A stretch of DNA of 64,000 nucleotides from Microcystaceae cyanobacterium (GCA_041746575.1 JBGTGT010000073.1:15119-79118), one strand, 5' to 3'. Positions 21,198 to 30,626 are shown, numbered from the stretch's first letter. Numbers and translations are program-made. The notes: generated from the letters alone by a model not told the origin.

Positions 21198-22361
21198 TTA
21201 AGTCCAATATTCCTCCAAATCTCGACTGACTTCAGGATGAATATAAGGCGGTTTTTCTTGACGCGGTAGTTGTCCCGATACGACTAAATGTGCCATCGTA
21301 TCACATATTACTCGTGTTGCCATGAGGGCGGTCATATCACTAACATCATAAGGGGGAGAAACTTCCACTACCTCTAAACCGCAAACAGGCGTATTTTGGA
21401 CAATTTTCTTGAGTAAATATAATGCTTCACGGGGTAATAATCCCCCAGGCTCTGGCCATCCTGTCCCCGGCACAAATCCTGCATCAATGCAATCAATATC
21501 AAAGCTAATCCAGACACAATCTGTGCTATCTGTTGCCTTCTCAATCGCAAAATCGGCGGCTGCGTCTAACCCCATTTCCATGATATCCGTGACAGTGAGA
21601 ATATTGGTTGCCCTTTCTCGACAGACTTTAACCCCTTGACGGGGAACTTGCCAACCCCCGATCCCTAGCTGTACCAAGTTCTGAGCGGGTGCATTTTTGA
21701 TATTGGTGGCGTGAAACCAAGGACACGTGTGCATTCTTTCGTCCAAGTCTGTTTCTTGGGTATCGACATGACGGTCAAAGTGAATAATTCCCACCTTCTT
21801 ATCGCCTAAGTGACGACAAATTCCTCGCACGGTGGGAAAGCCAATGGAATGATCTCCCCCTAAAATAATGGGAAATGCGCCAGAACTAAAAATATGAGCG
21901 ATTCCTTTAGAAATTTGGTCAAAGGATTTTTCGTTATTACCCGGAATGGTAAACACATCTCCGACGTCCGCTAAGGTAATCTGTTCCCGTAAATCTACCC
22001 CTAATTCAAAGTTATATGGGGTATAAAGGGCAGAAATGCGCCGAATGCCTTGGGGGCCAAACCGTGTACCGGGGCGATAAGTTGTGCCAGAATCGTGGGG
22101 AACACCGACAATTGCCACATCATATTTCCCGACTTCCCGTACATCTTCAACATAAGGAGCTTTCAAAAAAGTATTTATTCCGGCATAATGAGGCAGTTCT
22201 CCCCGTGAAAAGGTAGAAATCGTGCGATCTTTAATGCTGTCTGCCGCTTCTAAGCCATAGGTTAATCCTTGGTTAACTTCCTGTTGCCATCCTGTCAAGG
22301 GTAAATGGGTTTCTTTTTGTAAGGCTTCCTGTGCTTCGCTACGGGAATTTTGTTCACTCAT
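21198..22361 (-). CDS. gdmH: Ni-dependent guanidine hydrolase (ureohydrolase family)
   Basis: GGDHS, HFDRHVD, MHTCPW, SFDIDCID...GTGWPEPGG; preceded by a guanidine-I riboswitch and followed by hypAB and an ABC importer; ATG 22361 has a GGAG RBS. Confidence 0.88.
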   Translation of the reverse strand: MSEQNSRSEAQEALQKETHLPLTGWQQEVNQGLTYGLEAADSIKDRTISTFSRGELPHYAGINTFLKAPYVEDVREVGKYDVAIVGVPHDSGTTYRPGTRFGPQGIRRISALYTPYNFELGVDLREQITLADVGDVFTIPGNNEKSFDQISKGIAHIFSSGAFPIILGGDHSIGFPTVRGICRHLGDKKVGIIHFDRHVDTQETDLDERMHTCPWFHATNIKNAPAQNLVQLGIGGWQVPRQGVKVCRERATNILTVTDIMEMGLDAAADFAIEKATDSTDCVWISFDIDCIDAGFVPGTGWPEPGGLLPREALYLLKKIVQNTPVCGLEVVEVSPPYDVSDMTALMATRVICDTMAHLVVSGQLPRQEKPPYIHPEVSRDLEEYWT

Positions 22362-22401
22362 TGTTACTATCTCCAAAATTGAATTTGAGCTTAAATACGG
22401 C

Positions 22402-22452
22402 AAAACCCAGAAGGTTAACAGTTAATTTAACTGCTATGTCCTCCCGGGTTTT
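22402..22452 (-). terminator. Riboswitch expression-platform hairpin (terminator that sequesters the aptamer 3' end)
   Basis: AAAACCCGGGAGG (22452-22440) pairs with CCTTCTGGGTTTT (22414-22402), with an inner GCAGTTAA/TTAACTGT stem. Confidence 0.7.
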
Positions 22453-22575
22453 TATCCCGCCGTGTAGCTACCAAATATTTAAAAAAAAGAGCAATTTATT
22501 AAATCGGGTTAGGGTAGCTTGCTTCTCTCGGACCAGTCATTCAATGCTGTTGTGAATCGGAACCCTAGAAGCCTA
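22440..22575 (-). ncRNA. Guanidine-I (ykkC-yxkD) riboswitch
   Basis: Minus strand GCTTCTAGGGTTCCG...CTGGTCCGAGAGAAGC-AGCTACC...GGTAGCT-ACACGGCGGGATAAAAACCCGGGAG matches the ykkC-I consensus. Confidence 0.93.
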
Positions 22576-22595
22576 AATATTTAATCACACCCAGT

Positions 22596-22637
22596 AACCT
22601 AGCAATTCCCCTCTCAAAAAAAAGTATTAAAAGTTAC
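22596..22637 (-). promoter_or_regulatory. NtcA-activated (class II) promoter of the gdmH operon
   Basis: GTA-N8-TAC at 22624-22637, 22-nt spacer, then extended -10 TGC-TAGGTT at 22604-22596 (minus strand). Confidence 0.75.
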
Positions 22638-22883
22638 AAAAAAATGATCTCTTCCCCGTGACAAGCTTAATCTTTCTTCATTTCTCCGTAACAATACAGA
22701 GACTGTCCTTGGGGTGAATTGAAATAATTCAGTAATCTTCCTCAAGTGGAATACTAACCTTCAGAGATAAACTTAATCATCCTTTAAAGCAAATCTTCAC
22801 AGGAATTTCATAATAGGTTCATGTAGATGTCATCTGATGAAATTACCTTGTTTACATAATCTAATCAATTTCGGATTAAAACC

Positions 22884-23090
22884 ATGAATCGTTCTATGCT
22901 GATCGCTCAATTCTTTCAATTCCTTCGTCAAGAACTGTTATTGCCGGAAGAATCCTTAAATTTGATCAAAAAACATTCCAATTATCCCGAATGCAATCTA
23001 CCGATGCTATTGTGGCAATATGGCCTGATCAGTTTAGCTGAACTCGATTCTATCTTTGATTGGTTAGAACAGAAATCTTTACTCATTTAA
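22884..23090 (+). CDS. DUF2949 family small protein
   Basis: LPMLLWQYGLISLAELDSIFDWLE. Confidence 0.85.
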   Translation: MNRSMLIAQFFQFLRQELLLPEESLNLIKKHSNYPECNLPMLLWQYGLISLAELDSIFDWLEQKSLLI

Positions 23091-23299
23091 TCTGAGAATT
23101 TTGTTCTCTTTAGCTGATATTACCAATTCCCGTTTAAGACTGATCTTAAATGTCATTTCAAAAAGCGACTTTGTTTATTCTTTCTTTTGCCTCTTGCCTG
23201 TCCTAATAAGTTGTTTATGATGCTAATAGAATTTAGGAAGATAGCTAACGGCTGATGCCTTACTGCTATAGTTGAAAAAAGAGCAATCACCGCAACATT

Positions 23300-23980
23300 A
23301 TGATGGATATTGAAAATTATGAATTAGAAAAAGAGCAGAATGGTCGAGGAAAAACCTCTCTTTTGACAAATTTAAAAGATATTAAAGCAAATATTCTTCA
23401 TTTAAAACATCAAGATTTAAGTTACGCTGAATTAGCAAATATCAACCTGAGTCAAATTAATTTAAGTTATTTCCGCTTAATGGGTGCAAATTTGATCGGT
23501 TCTGACCTTAGATGGGCAAATTTAGCCTATGCTGACCTCAGTAAAGCAAATTTAATTGGGACATCTCTCCGGCAAGCCAATTTATATCGGGCAGATTTAC
23601 ATTTAGCGAATCTCTCTCGCAGTCATCTCAGTGAGGCTAATTTACGGGAATCCCATTTATGTGAAACCGATTTAAGTCAAGCCACCCTTTATGAAGCAGA
23701 GGCACAGGGAGCTTATTTATATAAAGCATCCCTTTTTAAAAGCAACCTTATGAATGCTCACTTTTATGGTTGTTATTTACTAGGGGCAGATTTACGGGAA
23801 ACCCAGTGTCAATATACGGATTTTCGTTGGGCAAATTTAAGTAAAGCAGATTTTAGAGGGGCAAATCTTTATCAAACTCGCTTAAAGTGCGCAAATTTAA
23901 GCCAAGCGGATTTCAGGGGCGTAAATTTAGACAATGTAGATTTAGACGGCGTGGATTTAAGTGTTGCTTTATTAAAGTAA
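23300..23980 (+). CDS. Pentapeptide repeat protein
   Basis: Tandem A(D/N)Lxx repeats. Confidence 0.92.
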   Translation: MMDIENYELEKEQNGRGKTSLLTNLKDIKANILHLKHQDLSYAELANINLSQINLSYFRLMGANLIGSDLRWANLAYADLSKANLIGTSLRQANLYRADLHLANLSRSHLSEANLRESHLCETDLSQATLYEAEAQGAYLYKASLFKSNLMNAHFYGCYLLGADLRETQCQYTDFRWANLSKADFRGANLYQTRLKCANLSQADFRGVNLDNVDLDGVDLSVALLK

Positions 23981-24075
23981 CTCCTAAGTCGGTAATGGTT
24001 TTATAACGAAGGGACATGCTATGCGATCGCTGAATACGCAATCTCGAACGCTCACCGATAACGTCTGAACATTAT

Positions 24076-24449
24076 CAAGAAAAATGGGTAGAAACCTCGT
24101 GCTTCTAGCACGACTTTATGGAGTAGAATGGTAGTGGTCACTGACCCACCTAGACGATGGAGACATACACCCTAACACCAAAGTTTGCGAGTTCTCGCAA
24201 CGGGGAAGAAAAATCGGCAGGCTAGGATAAGAAGATAGGGCAATGGGCAGTCCACCCCTAGCATCAAAACACATCTCTAATTCTCCTTTTGAGATTTCGA
24301 TACATAAGAACCGCAGGGCTTGCGGGGATAGTCTGTAGAGCGAACATAAGACCAAAACTCCGAATCGAGCAGAGGCAGTTGCTATGAAGCAGAAACCTAA
24401 ATTGTGAGGTTTAGGAATCACTGTGGCTTTAGCTCAGTGAGGATGTCAA
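24076..24449 (+). mobile_element. Non-autonomous IS200/IS605-family element (no tnpA/tnpB) with omega-RNA-like right end
   Basis: Left end AAAAATGGGTAGAAACC plus hairpin TCGTGCT-TCT-AGCACGA (24097-24113); right end GAATCACTGTGGCTTTAGCTCAGTGAGGATGTCAA ending in TCAA. Confidence 0.7.
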
Positions 24450-24644
24450 CCCAACCCAGAAACGAAGTCAGCTAACGGTGAAGTTGTGCGGCGGCAGATA
24501 ACCTCAGAGATAAAGCTGGTCAAATGCTGGCTACTTTTAGTTGAGAGGTTATTAGTCTTTGACGGGTTGGGATTTTATTCTTAACACTTTATCTCTCTCA
24601 GGTATTTAGAAAATGGGTATAAGACTAAATTGACAACCATTCCA

Positions 24645-24698
24645 TAAAAAGCCGTCCTCCGCTACGCTAAAGGACGGGGCTTTAAACCCATTTTTTGG
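24645..24698 (-). mobile_element. Isolated IS200/IS605-type left end
   Basis: Minus strand TTAC|CCAAAAAATGGGTTTAAAGCCCCGTCC...GGACGGCTTT; resembles the left end at 24076. Confidence 0.55.
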
Positions 24699-24753
24699 GT
24701 AAGAAGCCGGATTATCTATCCCAAACACCTTACCTCTTTTTTTATCTTTATTT

Positions 24754-27006
24754 TTAGCCTTCTTCTACTTTAGGGGGAAGATACATCGGATTGGATTGAA
24801 CAAGTGGCAACCATCGTCCTTCGGCAGTCCGATAACCTAATTCCGCTTGATAGTGGCGATCGCCGTAATAAAGGGGAATAATTCTCTCAGAATCCAGTTC
24901 ACTACATTCGTGATCCCACACACTATCTGGCTTACCATCATTATTGGCATCCGTCAGATCATAAAGACGCAGGATGAACTGTTCTCCGCCTTGTTGTCGT
25001 AAGATTTCCTTAGCCGTTTCTGAGACTTGCCAAGACACATAAGCTTCTTGGGAACTCCGCGCCACTAAGGTTAAGGTATCGGCTGGCACTTCTGTGAAGC
25101 TGACAAAAGAGGGCTCATCCGTCTCTAAATCTTCCTGAAGAAACACCGTATCCGCAACGTCGAAGCCTTGATTAAGCGTAGGGATTTCGTCTACAAAACT
25201 CTCGTCGACGTCTGGGGGACAAGGGGGAACACGCACATGGAGGGAACGGGCTAAACTCAAAAAGCGATTATCTGTCGTTGAGTAGCCCAATTCTGCCATA
25301 TAATCGCGATCATCTTGGGCGATCGGCACCTGATAATCGTTGGTATCCTCTAAGAAAAAATATTCTTGGACATTGTGGGGAGGTTGATGATCAATATCAA
25401 TATTGGTGACATCATAGATGCGTAGTACCAGATTTTCACCTCCTTGTGCCTTGAGGTTTGCTTTATCAGCATCTGGCACTTCCCAATAGGCGTAGGCTTC
25501 CCGACAACCACGGGGCGTCAAAATCAAGCGATTGGGGGCAATCGATTCAGTGACTGGCAAAGGAGGGGCAATAACGGCATCTTCTCCGATGAGCGGCTCT
25601 GGAGGAGAACAAGGAGGAACCCGTACATGAAGGGAACGAGCTAAACTCAAAAAGCGATTATCTGTCGTTAAGTAGCCCAATTCTGCCATATAATCGCGAT
25701 CATCACGGGCGATCGGCACATGATAATCGTTGGTGTCCCCTGAAAGCCCGTATTCTTCAACGCTATGGGGGGTTTGATGATCAATGTCAATATCCGTGAC
25801 ATCATAGATGCGCAGTACCAAATTGTCGCTTCCTTGTCCTTTGAGGTCAGCTCTATGAGCATCTGACACTTCCCAATAGGCGTAGGCATCCCGACAGTCA
25901 CGGGGGGTTAAAATTAAGCGACAGGCTGGCACAGGGGGAGCAGGAGGAGGCACAATTGCGCCGACGGGTTCAGGTTCTTCGTCTTGGTTTCTCAGCAAAA
26001 AGAAGAGCGGAATCGCCAACAAAGGTAATAATAGTAACCACCACGGAAATCCCCCTCTTTCTTCTTCTTCTACTACGGGTGGGGTCACCGTCGGGGATTC
26101 CTCAGGGGTTGGAGTTGCCTGCGCATAGCGAGAAGCCCGCGCTGTTTCAATCGCTTCTTGACTGGTAGCACCCGTAGTATAGCCGAGCAATGCTTGTACC
26201 GGTTCACTGGCATTGGGGCCTTTATAGACGAAGTAGAGCGGTTGAGAAAAGGGATAATCTGGATTATCCGGTAAGGTATCGTACATTTTCACGATTTTAA
26301 CTCGGGGATTGTTGGCGACTTGGTCATAAATGGCATAGGAGATGCCGTCTGCGCCTAATTTTTCAATCACTAAATCAGTATTATCTTCGGCAACCGACTC
26401 GGCGGTTTCACTAGCTTGAAAAGGGGCTGATTGAAAGACGGGGTAGGTGAGGAAGGCTTGACGGGTATCGCTGGTGTCAGGACGATCAATGAGCTTAATC
26501 GCACCCTCTGTTCCCTTGACTTCTGACCAATTTTGAATTTCCCCACGGAAAATCTTGGCAAAGTCTTCAATGGTTAAACTGCCCTCGAAGGGGTTATCTA
26601 CCCCCACAATCATGGCAATTTTATGACGAGCAACGGGAACCGCAATCAATCCTTGATTTTTTTCTGCTTGGGTTAGGGGGCGACCAATAGCGGCAACGTC
26701 AATTTTGCCATCTGCTAGGTCTTTGATCGCCGTATTCGTTTCTTCTACCTTAACGGTGGCATTACTGCCTTGATACCGTTCAATAAATCCCCCTTTCACC
26801 GCCTCTGCAATTTCCTGCATACTATCCGAGGTTTCAATTTTGATCGTTGTACCGTCAGGAATGGTTTCTGGTAACGGGAAGGTGGCTTTGGGGCTAGCAT
26901 CTTGGGCAAAAACCCAGTTAGTTTGTTCTAGCCTTCCCCAATCTGGCATTAAGCCAAAGGTGAGTAACGATGCACAAAGGGCTAAACTCAGCTTTCCTTT
27001 AAACAT
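24754..27006 (-). CDS. PstS-like binding domain + TM helix + three DUF4912-like repeats
   Basis: Signal peptide, PBP motifs (DVAAIGRPLT, FRGEIQNWSEV, DRPDTSDTR, YPFSQPLY), TM FPWWLLLLPLLAIPLFFLL, 3x (L/R)xLxxR..AY(A/V)(Y/S)W.V...YxAELGY. Confidence 0.8.
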   Translation of the reverse strand: MFKGKLSLALCASLLTFGLMPDWGRLEQTNWVFAQDASPKATFPLPETIPDGTTIKIETSDSMQEIAEAVKGGFIERYQGSNATVKVEETNTAIKDLADGKIDVAAIGRPLTQAEKNQGLIAVPVARHKIAMIVGVDNPFEGSLTIEDFAKIFRGEIQNWSEVKGTEGAIKLIDRPDTSDTRQAFLTYPVFQSAPFQASETAESVAEDNTDLVIEKLGADGISYAIYDQVANNPRVKIVKMYDTLPDNPDYPFSQPLYFVYKGPNASEPVQALLGYTTGATSQEAIETARASRYAQATPTPEESPTVTPPVVEEEERGGFPWWLLLLPLLAIPLFFLLRNQDEEPEPVGAIVPPPAPPVPACRLILTPRDCRDAYAYWEVSDAHRADLKGQGSDNLVLRIYDVTDIDIDHQTPHSVEEYGLSGDTNDYHVPIARDDRDYMAELGYLTTDNRFLSLARSLHVRVPPCSPPEPLIGEDAVIAPPLPVTESIAPNRLILTPRGCREAYAYWEVPDADKANLKAQGGENLVLRIYDVTNIDIDHQPPHNVQEYFFLEDTNDYQVPIAQDDRDYMAELGYSTTDNRFLSLARSLHVRVPPCPPDVDESFVDEIPTLNQGFDVADTVFLQEDLETDEPSFVSFTEVPADTLTLVARSSQEAYVSWQVSETAKEILRQQGGEQFILRLYDLTDANNDGKPDSVWDHECSELDSERIIPLYYGDRHYQAELGYRTAEGRWLPLVQSNPMYLPPKVEEG

Positions 27007-27219
27007 TTTTTGTTTTGATCCTTATATCAACAAATAGAAAGAGGGGTCAATGGCTAATCGTTTTTTAGGATTTTTAATAATTATTAGCCACTAACCACGA
27101 CTATCAACAGCCGAAGATACCCCGTTGAGAGAGCAACCTTGAAACCGCAATGAGGACCGAGTTTAAGTCTTATTTTGGGAGGTTAAAGAGGTTAATAACT
27201 GCTCAATGGGTCGTGCAAA

Positions 27220-28104
27220 CTAGATTTCCGCCACTGCTCGTTCAACCAGACGGCGCGCAAGGGTTTGAATCCCTGTATGACGATAGTATTTTACCGACAT
27301 ATCCAGAAATGCCCCTAAATAATCTAGCTTATCTTTGGAGACATCAATAAGCTTCGTTAAGTTGCTGGTTATTCCACTTTGAGTGAGGTTGTTGTGACTG
27401 ACAAAGCCATCCATCCAGCCTTTGGTGGATTCGACACTTTCGGTGATAAACGCTAATTGTCCCGCCGAACTATCGCCCGGAATCAGGTCTTTTACCCCTT
27501 TAAATGTTTGGTTTTTTTCTAAATCCGAGGGACCCATTCCTTTAATAAACGCTAGGGCTTTTTCGCTAAACCCTGCCCCTAAAGGGATTAAACCATCAAA
27601 AGATACTAAGGCGGCCATCCGCATTAACGCTTCACCACTATAGTCTCCCAAGGCGGCCACGAAATCTCCGATGCTATCGCCCGGAATACCATTTATTTGA
27701 CAAAAAGCCACCAATTCGGTGACTAATTTAATGGATAAGTCAATACTTTGCGCTTTTTCGGGTTTAGGGGTTAGGTGCTTTAAAAAGCCAAGGAATGTAT
27801 CCTGTCCAATACGATTGGCTAGAGCGGCCGTTCCCAATAACCCTGACGCATCATCTACGGTTTCGTATAACCAAAGGGCTTTTTGGTATCCTTGAGACTT
27901 ATCATTAAAAAGAGTAACGGCTCTTTCGCCAATTTGCTGCACTAAGGCTGGATCGGTTTCTCCGGTGACAACTCGAATGGTTTCATCAAAACCCACAAGG
28001 TTTTGCCATTTGCCCGGAACAACATGATCAAGGGTTCTTAAGGCCGACACGGTTAATCCCCCTGTCGGCAGTTCGTCCACAATTTTAAAAATGGGTTTGC
28101 TCAC
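27220..28104 (-). CDS. Conserved cyanobacterial hypothetical protein
   Basis: 294-aa ORF, GTG start with AGGAG RBS. Confidence 0.75.
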   Translation of the reverse strand: MSKPIFKIVDELPTGGLTVSALRTLDHVVPGKWQNLVGFDETIRVVTGETDPALVQQIGERAVTLFNDKSQGYQKALWLYETVDDASGLLGTAALANRIGQDTFLGFLKHLTPKPEKAQSIDLSIKLVTELVAFCQINGIPGDSIGDFVAALGDYSGEALMRMAALVSFDGLIPLGAGFSEKALAFIKGMGPSDLEKNQTFKGVKDLIPGDSSAGQLAFITESVESTKGWMDGFVSHNNLTQSGITSNLTKLIDVSKDKLDYLGAFLDMSVKYYRHTGIQTLARRLVERAVAEI

Positions 28105-28174
28105 AGTATGCTCCTTGGAAATACAGAAAAGGATGAGTGAATCGCTCTAAAGCAACACAAGTTACCAAAAACCA

Positions 28175-28786
28175 CTAGGTGGCTGGTTGGGGTCTCAATG
28201 AAGGGGCTTGTTGCCAAGGGGCTTTCTGTTTAGCGTTCAAATCGGTTTTCTGCTTGGCGGGTAAGGAGGCTTCAAGGGACGCTAAGCCCCGTAAATTGAA
28301 TTTTTGTAACCAAGCTACCCGATCTTCCTTGGTAAATGTGATATCACGGGATAAGACTTTCACTTGGTAGCGATCGCTTACTAAGATACTGGTCATGCTT
28401 GACCCTTGCTCGACCGAAGGATAACCCGCCACTTTTTCGGTAGCCGAGTCAAATTTAGCGGCGGCAGTGGGAACGCTGGTGGTATCACTAATAGACAGCA
28501 TAGCGACGGTTTTGCCATCTTTATTGACTTTGTATTCAGCAAAGCCCTTTTTCTCTTGGGTTGGGATAATTTCGTAGCCTCTCACACCAGAGGGGAAGAA
28601 TTTATTAAATTTGGCCCCTTGGGTTGCTTTTTTGTCAACCGCTTTCTGGGCGCGAAATCCAGTGGTTTCTTTTTGTACTTGGTCGTAGGGAGAAGGGGCT
28701 TTAGCACAAGCCGCCATACCGAAGATCAACAGAAAAGAAAGGCAGAGGGCAATCAAAACGTTAGGCCAACGGGAGGTTTTCATCAT
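28175..28786 (-). CDS. Hypothetical lipoprotein
   Basis: Signal peptide with lipobox MAAC. Confidence 0.75.
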   Translation of the reverse strand: MMKTSRWPNVLIALCLSFLLIFGMAACAKAPSPYDQVQKETTGFRAQKAVDKKATQGAKFNKFFPSGVRGYEIIPTQEKKGFAEYKVNKDGKTVAMLSISDTTSVPTAAAKFDSATEKVAGYPSVEQGSSMTSILVSDRYQVKVLSRDITFTKEDRVAWLQKFNLRGLASLEASLPAKQKTDLNAKQKAPWQQAPSLRPQPAT

Positions 28787-29145
28787 TTTTCCTAAAATTC
28801 AGTAAACGTGGTTATTACGATTGATTTTCCCAATTGTAAATTAAGTTGCGTTTATGGTATTAGGACAATGCTTAATTCTTTACAAAAATGTTGAAGATGG
28901 AGGGGAAGAGAAATCAGCTTTGTTTTCTATTAACCTGAAAAGCTGGCAGATACTAGAAAACGCTTAAACATCTCTCGATTTTTGATTCATTGGTTAAACG
29001 ATCCCATCTTAACCTGACCGAGGATGAAAAATATAGATAGGGCTTTGGTGAAAATAACAAGATTCAAGTATTATCAATTGTTGCCAAACGATCCCCGAAC
29101 CCACTATCATTGTCAATAAAGTGATCATTATTGAAAACTATTCCT

Positions 29146-29700
29146 ATGCCTCCTTACACCGCCGCTTCCCTGAAAGCCGAATTAAATGCAAGAGGTTGGC
29201 GTTTAACCCCGCAACGGGAAAAAATCTTACAAATTTTTCAGAATTTACCGAAAGGAAACCACCTTAGCGCGGAAGAACTCTTTGAACAACTCGAGCAACA
29301 AAACGAGCAGATCAGTCTGTCCACCATTTATCGTAGTATAAAACTCATGTCTCGCATGGGAATTCTGCGAGAATTAGAACTGGCCGAAGGACATAAACAT
29401 TACGAACTCAATCAACCCTATCCCAACCATCACCATCATATTGTCTGTATCCAGTGCAATAAAACCCTCGAATTCAAAAATGATTCTATCCTCAAACATA
29501 GTCTTAAACAATGTGAAAAAGAAGGATTTCAACTCATCGATTGTCAATTAACGGTCATGACGATTTGTCCTGAGGCCATTCGCATGGGGTGGCCTTCCAT
29601 GCTTCCCAGTAGTTGGTCTTGTACCCGCGCTATTTCGGAACATCCTAGCTTAGAGACAGAAAATCTTTCTTTGGAGATGGATGAGGAAGGGGAAGAATAG
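29146..29700 (+). CDS. fur: Ferric uptake regulator (FurA-type)
   Basis: GWRLTPQRE, HLSAEEL, SLSTIYR, HHHHIVCIQC; ATG 29146. Confidence 0.92.
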   Translation: MPPYTAASLKAELNARGWRLTPQREKILQIFQNLPKGNHLSAEELFEQLEQQNEQISLSTIYRSIKLMSRMGILRELELAEGHKHYELNQPYPNHHHHIVCIQCNKTLEFKNDSILKHSLKQCEKEGFQLIDCQLTVMTICPEAIRMGWPSMLPSSWSCTRAISEHPSLETENLSLEMDEEGEE

Positions 29701-29867
29701 GGCAAAAATAACGAAACAACAGCTTTATCTGCCTCCTTCCTTTTATGATTTCCCTGAATTTGTTATATTAAAAGGTGTCTCCTTGGCAAACCCAAAAAAA
29801 AGCTTAAGGGGTCTCATCTCCTTCACCCCTTTCGTGTATAAAAGTCCATAGAACAATCATTCCGAGG

Positions 29868-30626
29868 ATGATCATGCTTTCCCTAGATGCCCCTAAACCC
29901 CCTGCTCCCACTGATTTCAAGCCAATTAGTCAAATTTTAATCGTTGAGGACGAAGAAGTGATCCGAGAAATGTTAGTTTTGGCTTTGCAGGAAGAAGGGT
30001 ATCAAGTAACTGCCGCGGCTGATGGACGAAAAGCCTTAGAATTATTGCAAAGCGACGAAGAAAACCCCTCCGTTTCCCCCTTCGATTTGGTGGTTTTGGA
30101 TTTAATGTTACCTCAGCTCAACGGTCTCGATATCTGCCGTTTATTGCGTTATCACGGCAATATTATTCCGATTCTAATTCTCAGTGCCAAGGCCAGCGAA
30201 ACGGATCGAGTATTAGGCTTAGAAGTTGGGGCTGATGATTATCTGACCAAACCCTTTAGTATGCGGGAATTTGTTGCTCGATGCCGTGCTTTAATTCGTC
30301 GTCAAGGATTTAGCACCCTATCTAATGTTCCCGTGCGAAAATTTCGAGAAATTGCCCTTTATCCTCAAGAATGTCGCGTCACTGTGCGAGGAGAAGAAAT
30401 CAATTTATCGCCTAAAGAGTTTCGTATACTTGATTTGTTTATGAGCTATCCACGTCGCGTCTGGTCGAGAGACCAGTTAATTGAACAAGTATGGGGACCC
30501 GATTTTTTAGGAGATACCAAAACCGTCGACGTTCACATCCGTTGGTTACGGGAAAAGTTGGAAAACGACCCCAGTCAACCGGAATACCTCATTACAGTTC
30601 GTGGATTTGGCTATCGTTTTGGCTAA
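29868..30626 (+). CDS. sphR: Phosphate regulon response regulator (SphR/PhoB)
   Basis: OmpR-family receiver plus wHTH (TVDVHIRWLREKLE); directly upstream of a kinase and phoU. Confidence 0.85.
   Translation: MIMLSLDAPKPPAPTDFKPISQILIVEDEEVIREMLVLALQEEGYQVTAAADGRKALELLQSDEENPSVSPFDLVVLDLMLPQLNGLDICRLLRYHGNIIPILILSAKASETDRVLGLEVGADDYLTKPFSMREFVARCRALIRRQGFSTLSNVPVRKFREIALYPQECRVTVRGEEINLSPKEFRILDLFMSYPRRVWSRDQLIEQVWGPDFLGDTKTVDVHIRWLREKLENDPSQPEYLITVRGFGYRFG

Noticed and set aside
21198..22361. Agmatinase (speB)
   Set aside because: The riboswitch, Ni chaperones and GTGWPEPGG/MHTCPW motifs fit guanidine hydrolase better
24116..24421. 101-aa minus-strand ORF
   Set aside because: Lies antisense within the IS200/IS605-derived element and has no TnpA or TnpB motifs; probably spurious
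28406..28795. Antisense or alternative-frame ORFs (this one, 42876-43331, 44799-45116, 46011-46613 and similar)
   Set aside because: They overlap well-supported genes and have no recognisable motifs; shadow ORFs
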